A stretch of DNA of 64,000 nucleotides, from positions 54,438,001 through 54,502,000 of the forward strand of contig NW_024704743.1 of the NCBI RefSeq assembly GCF_018977255.1, given 5' to 3'. The notes beneath the pieces were generated by a model that saw only the letters and a list, made by a program, of their open reading frames with translations, was not told the DNA's origin and searched no databases. A program made the position numbers and the translations under genes. Positions 63,601 to 64,000 of the stretch are shown here, piece after piece. Source of the stretch: Callorhinchus milii (taxonomy: Eukaryota). How positions within the stretch are numbered: the stretch's first letter is position 1; each line of letters opens with the position of its first letter.

Positions 63601-64000
63601 GTTCTCAGATTTGCTGACACAAATTTCATTACACGAAGAAGCTGTTTACACCTGTGCTGGGTCATGTCCCTGTTACATCTATATTCTCTAATCCTAGTTG
63701 TTTTTTTTCCATTTTACGTCATCATTTCAGTGTCTATTTCCCCTTTTTAAATCATGCATTGGGTTGGTTTCAATAGCCATTTGTGACAACCTGTTCCACA
63801 TCTTCCAAACACTTCATATGAATGTTGTTTTGTGCACAGGAAAATAATCAATACCTTTAGGTTAAATACAGGAAAAAATCACTCTGCAGGATGAACCTCC
63901 AAGATCGAGAAACATTGTATTTCTTTTTTTACGGTTGATTCTTCTCTGTCCAATTCCTTTTAGCTTATCAGTCAGAAAGAGATAAGTGTGAAGTGACAAA

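Overview
This is vertebrate genomic DNA, not prokaryotic. The mix of repeats (tRNA-headed Deu-type SINEs, CR1 and L2 LINE fragments, a Penelope-type palindrome) suggests a cartilaginous fish; that is inference, not a search result. The only supportable protein-coding gene is the zinc-finger transcription factor sp8 on the + strand. It has a 21-nt coding exon 1 (49387-49407, MATSLLG), an 801-bp GT-AG intron and a large exon 2 (CDS 50209-51600), giving 470 aa, followed by a ~1.5-kb 3' UTR. The gene lies in a ~17.5-kb domain (~41.9-59.5 kb) that is CpG-rich and appears free of transposons. The upstream 41 kb is CpG-poor intergenic sequence crowded with nested retroelements and several homeobox-motif-rich candidate conserved non-coding elements. 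I cannot support a wholly new biological system. The best leads are: (1) two SINE insertions at what looks like the same site of the L2 3' end, plus a reciprocal L2-in-SINE insertion; (2) an unnamed MITE-like family with long terminal inverted repeats; (3) a 51-bp inverted templated insertion inside an L2; (4) an AG|GTATGT dual splice signal in the sp8 intron; (5) a 90-nt pre-miRNA-sized hairpin; (6) a ~230-bp-arm ancient inverted duplication. Repeat boundaries were read by eye and are approximate.
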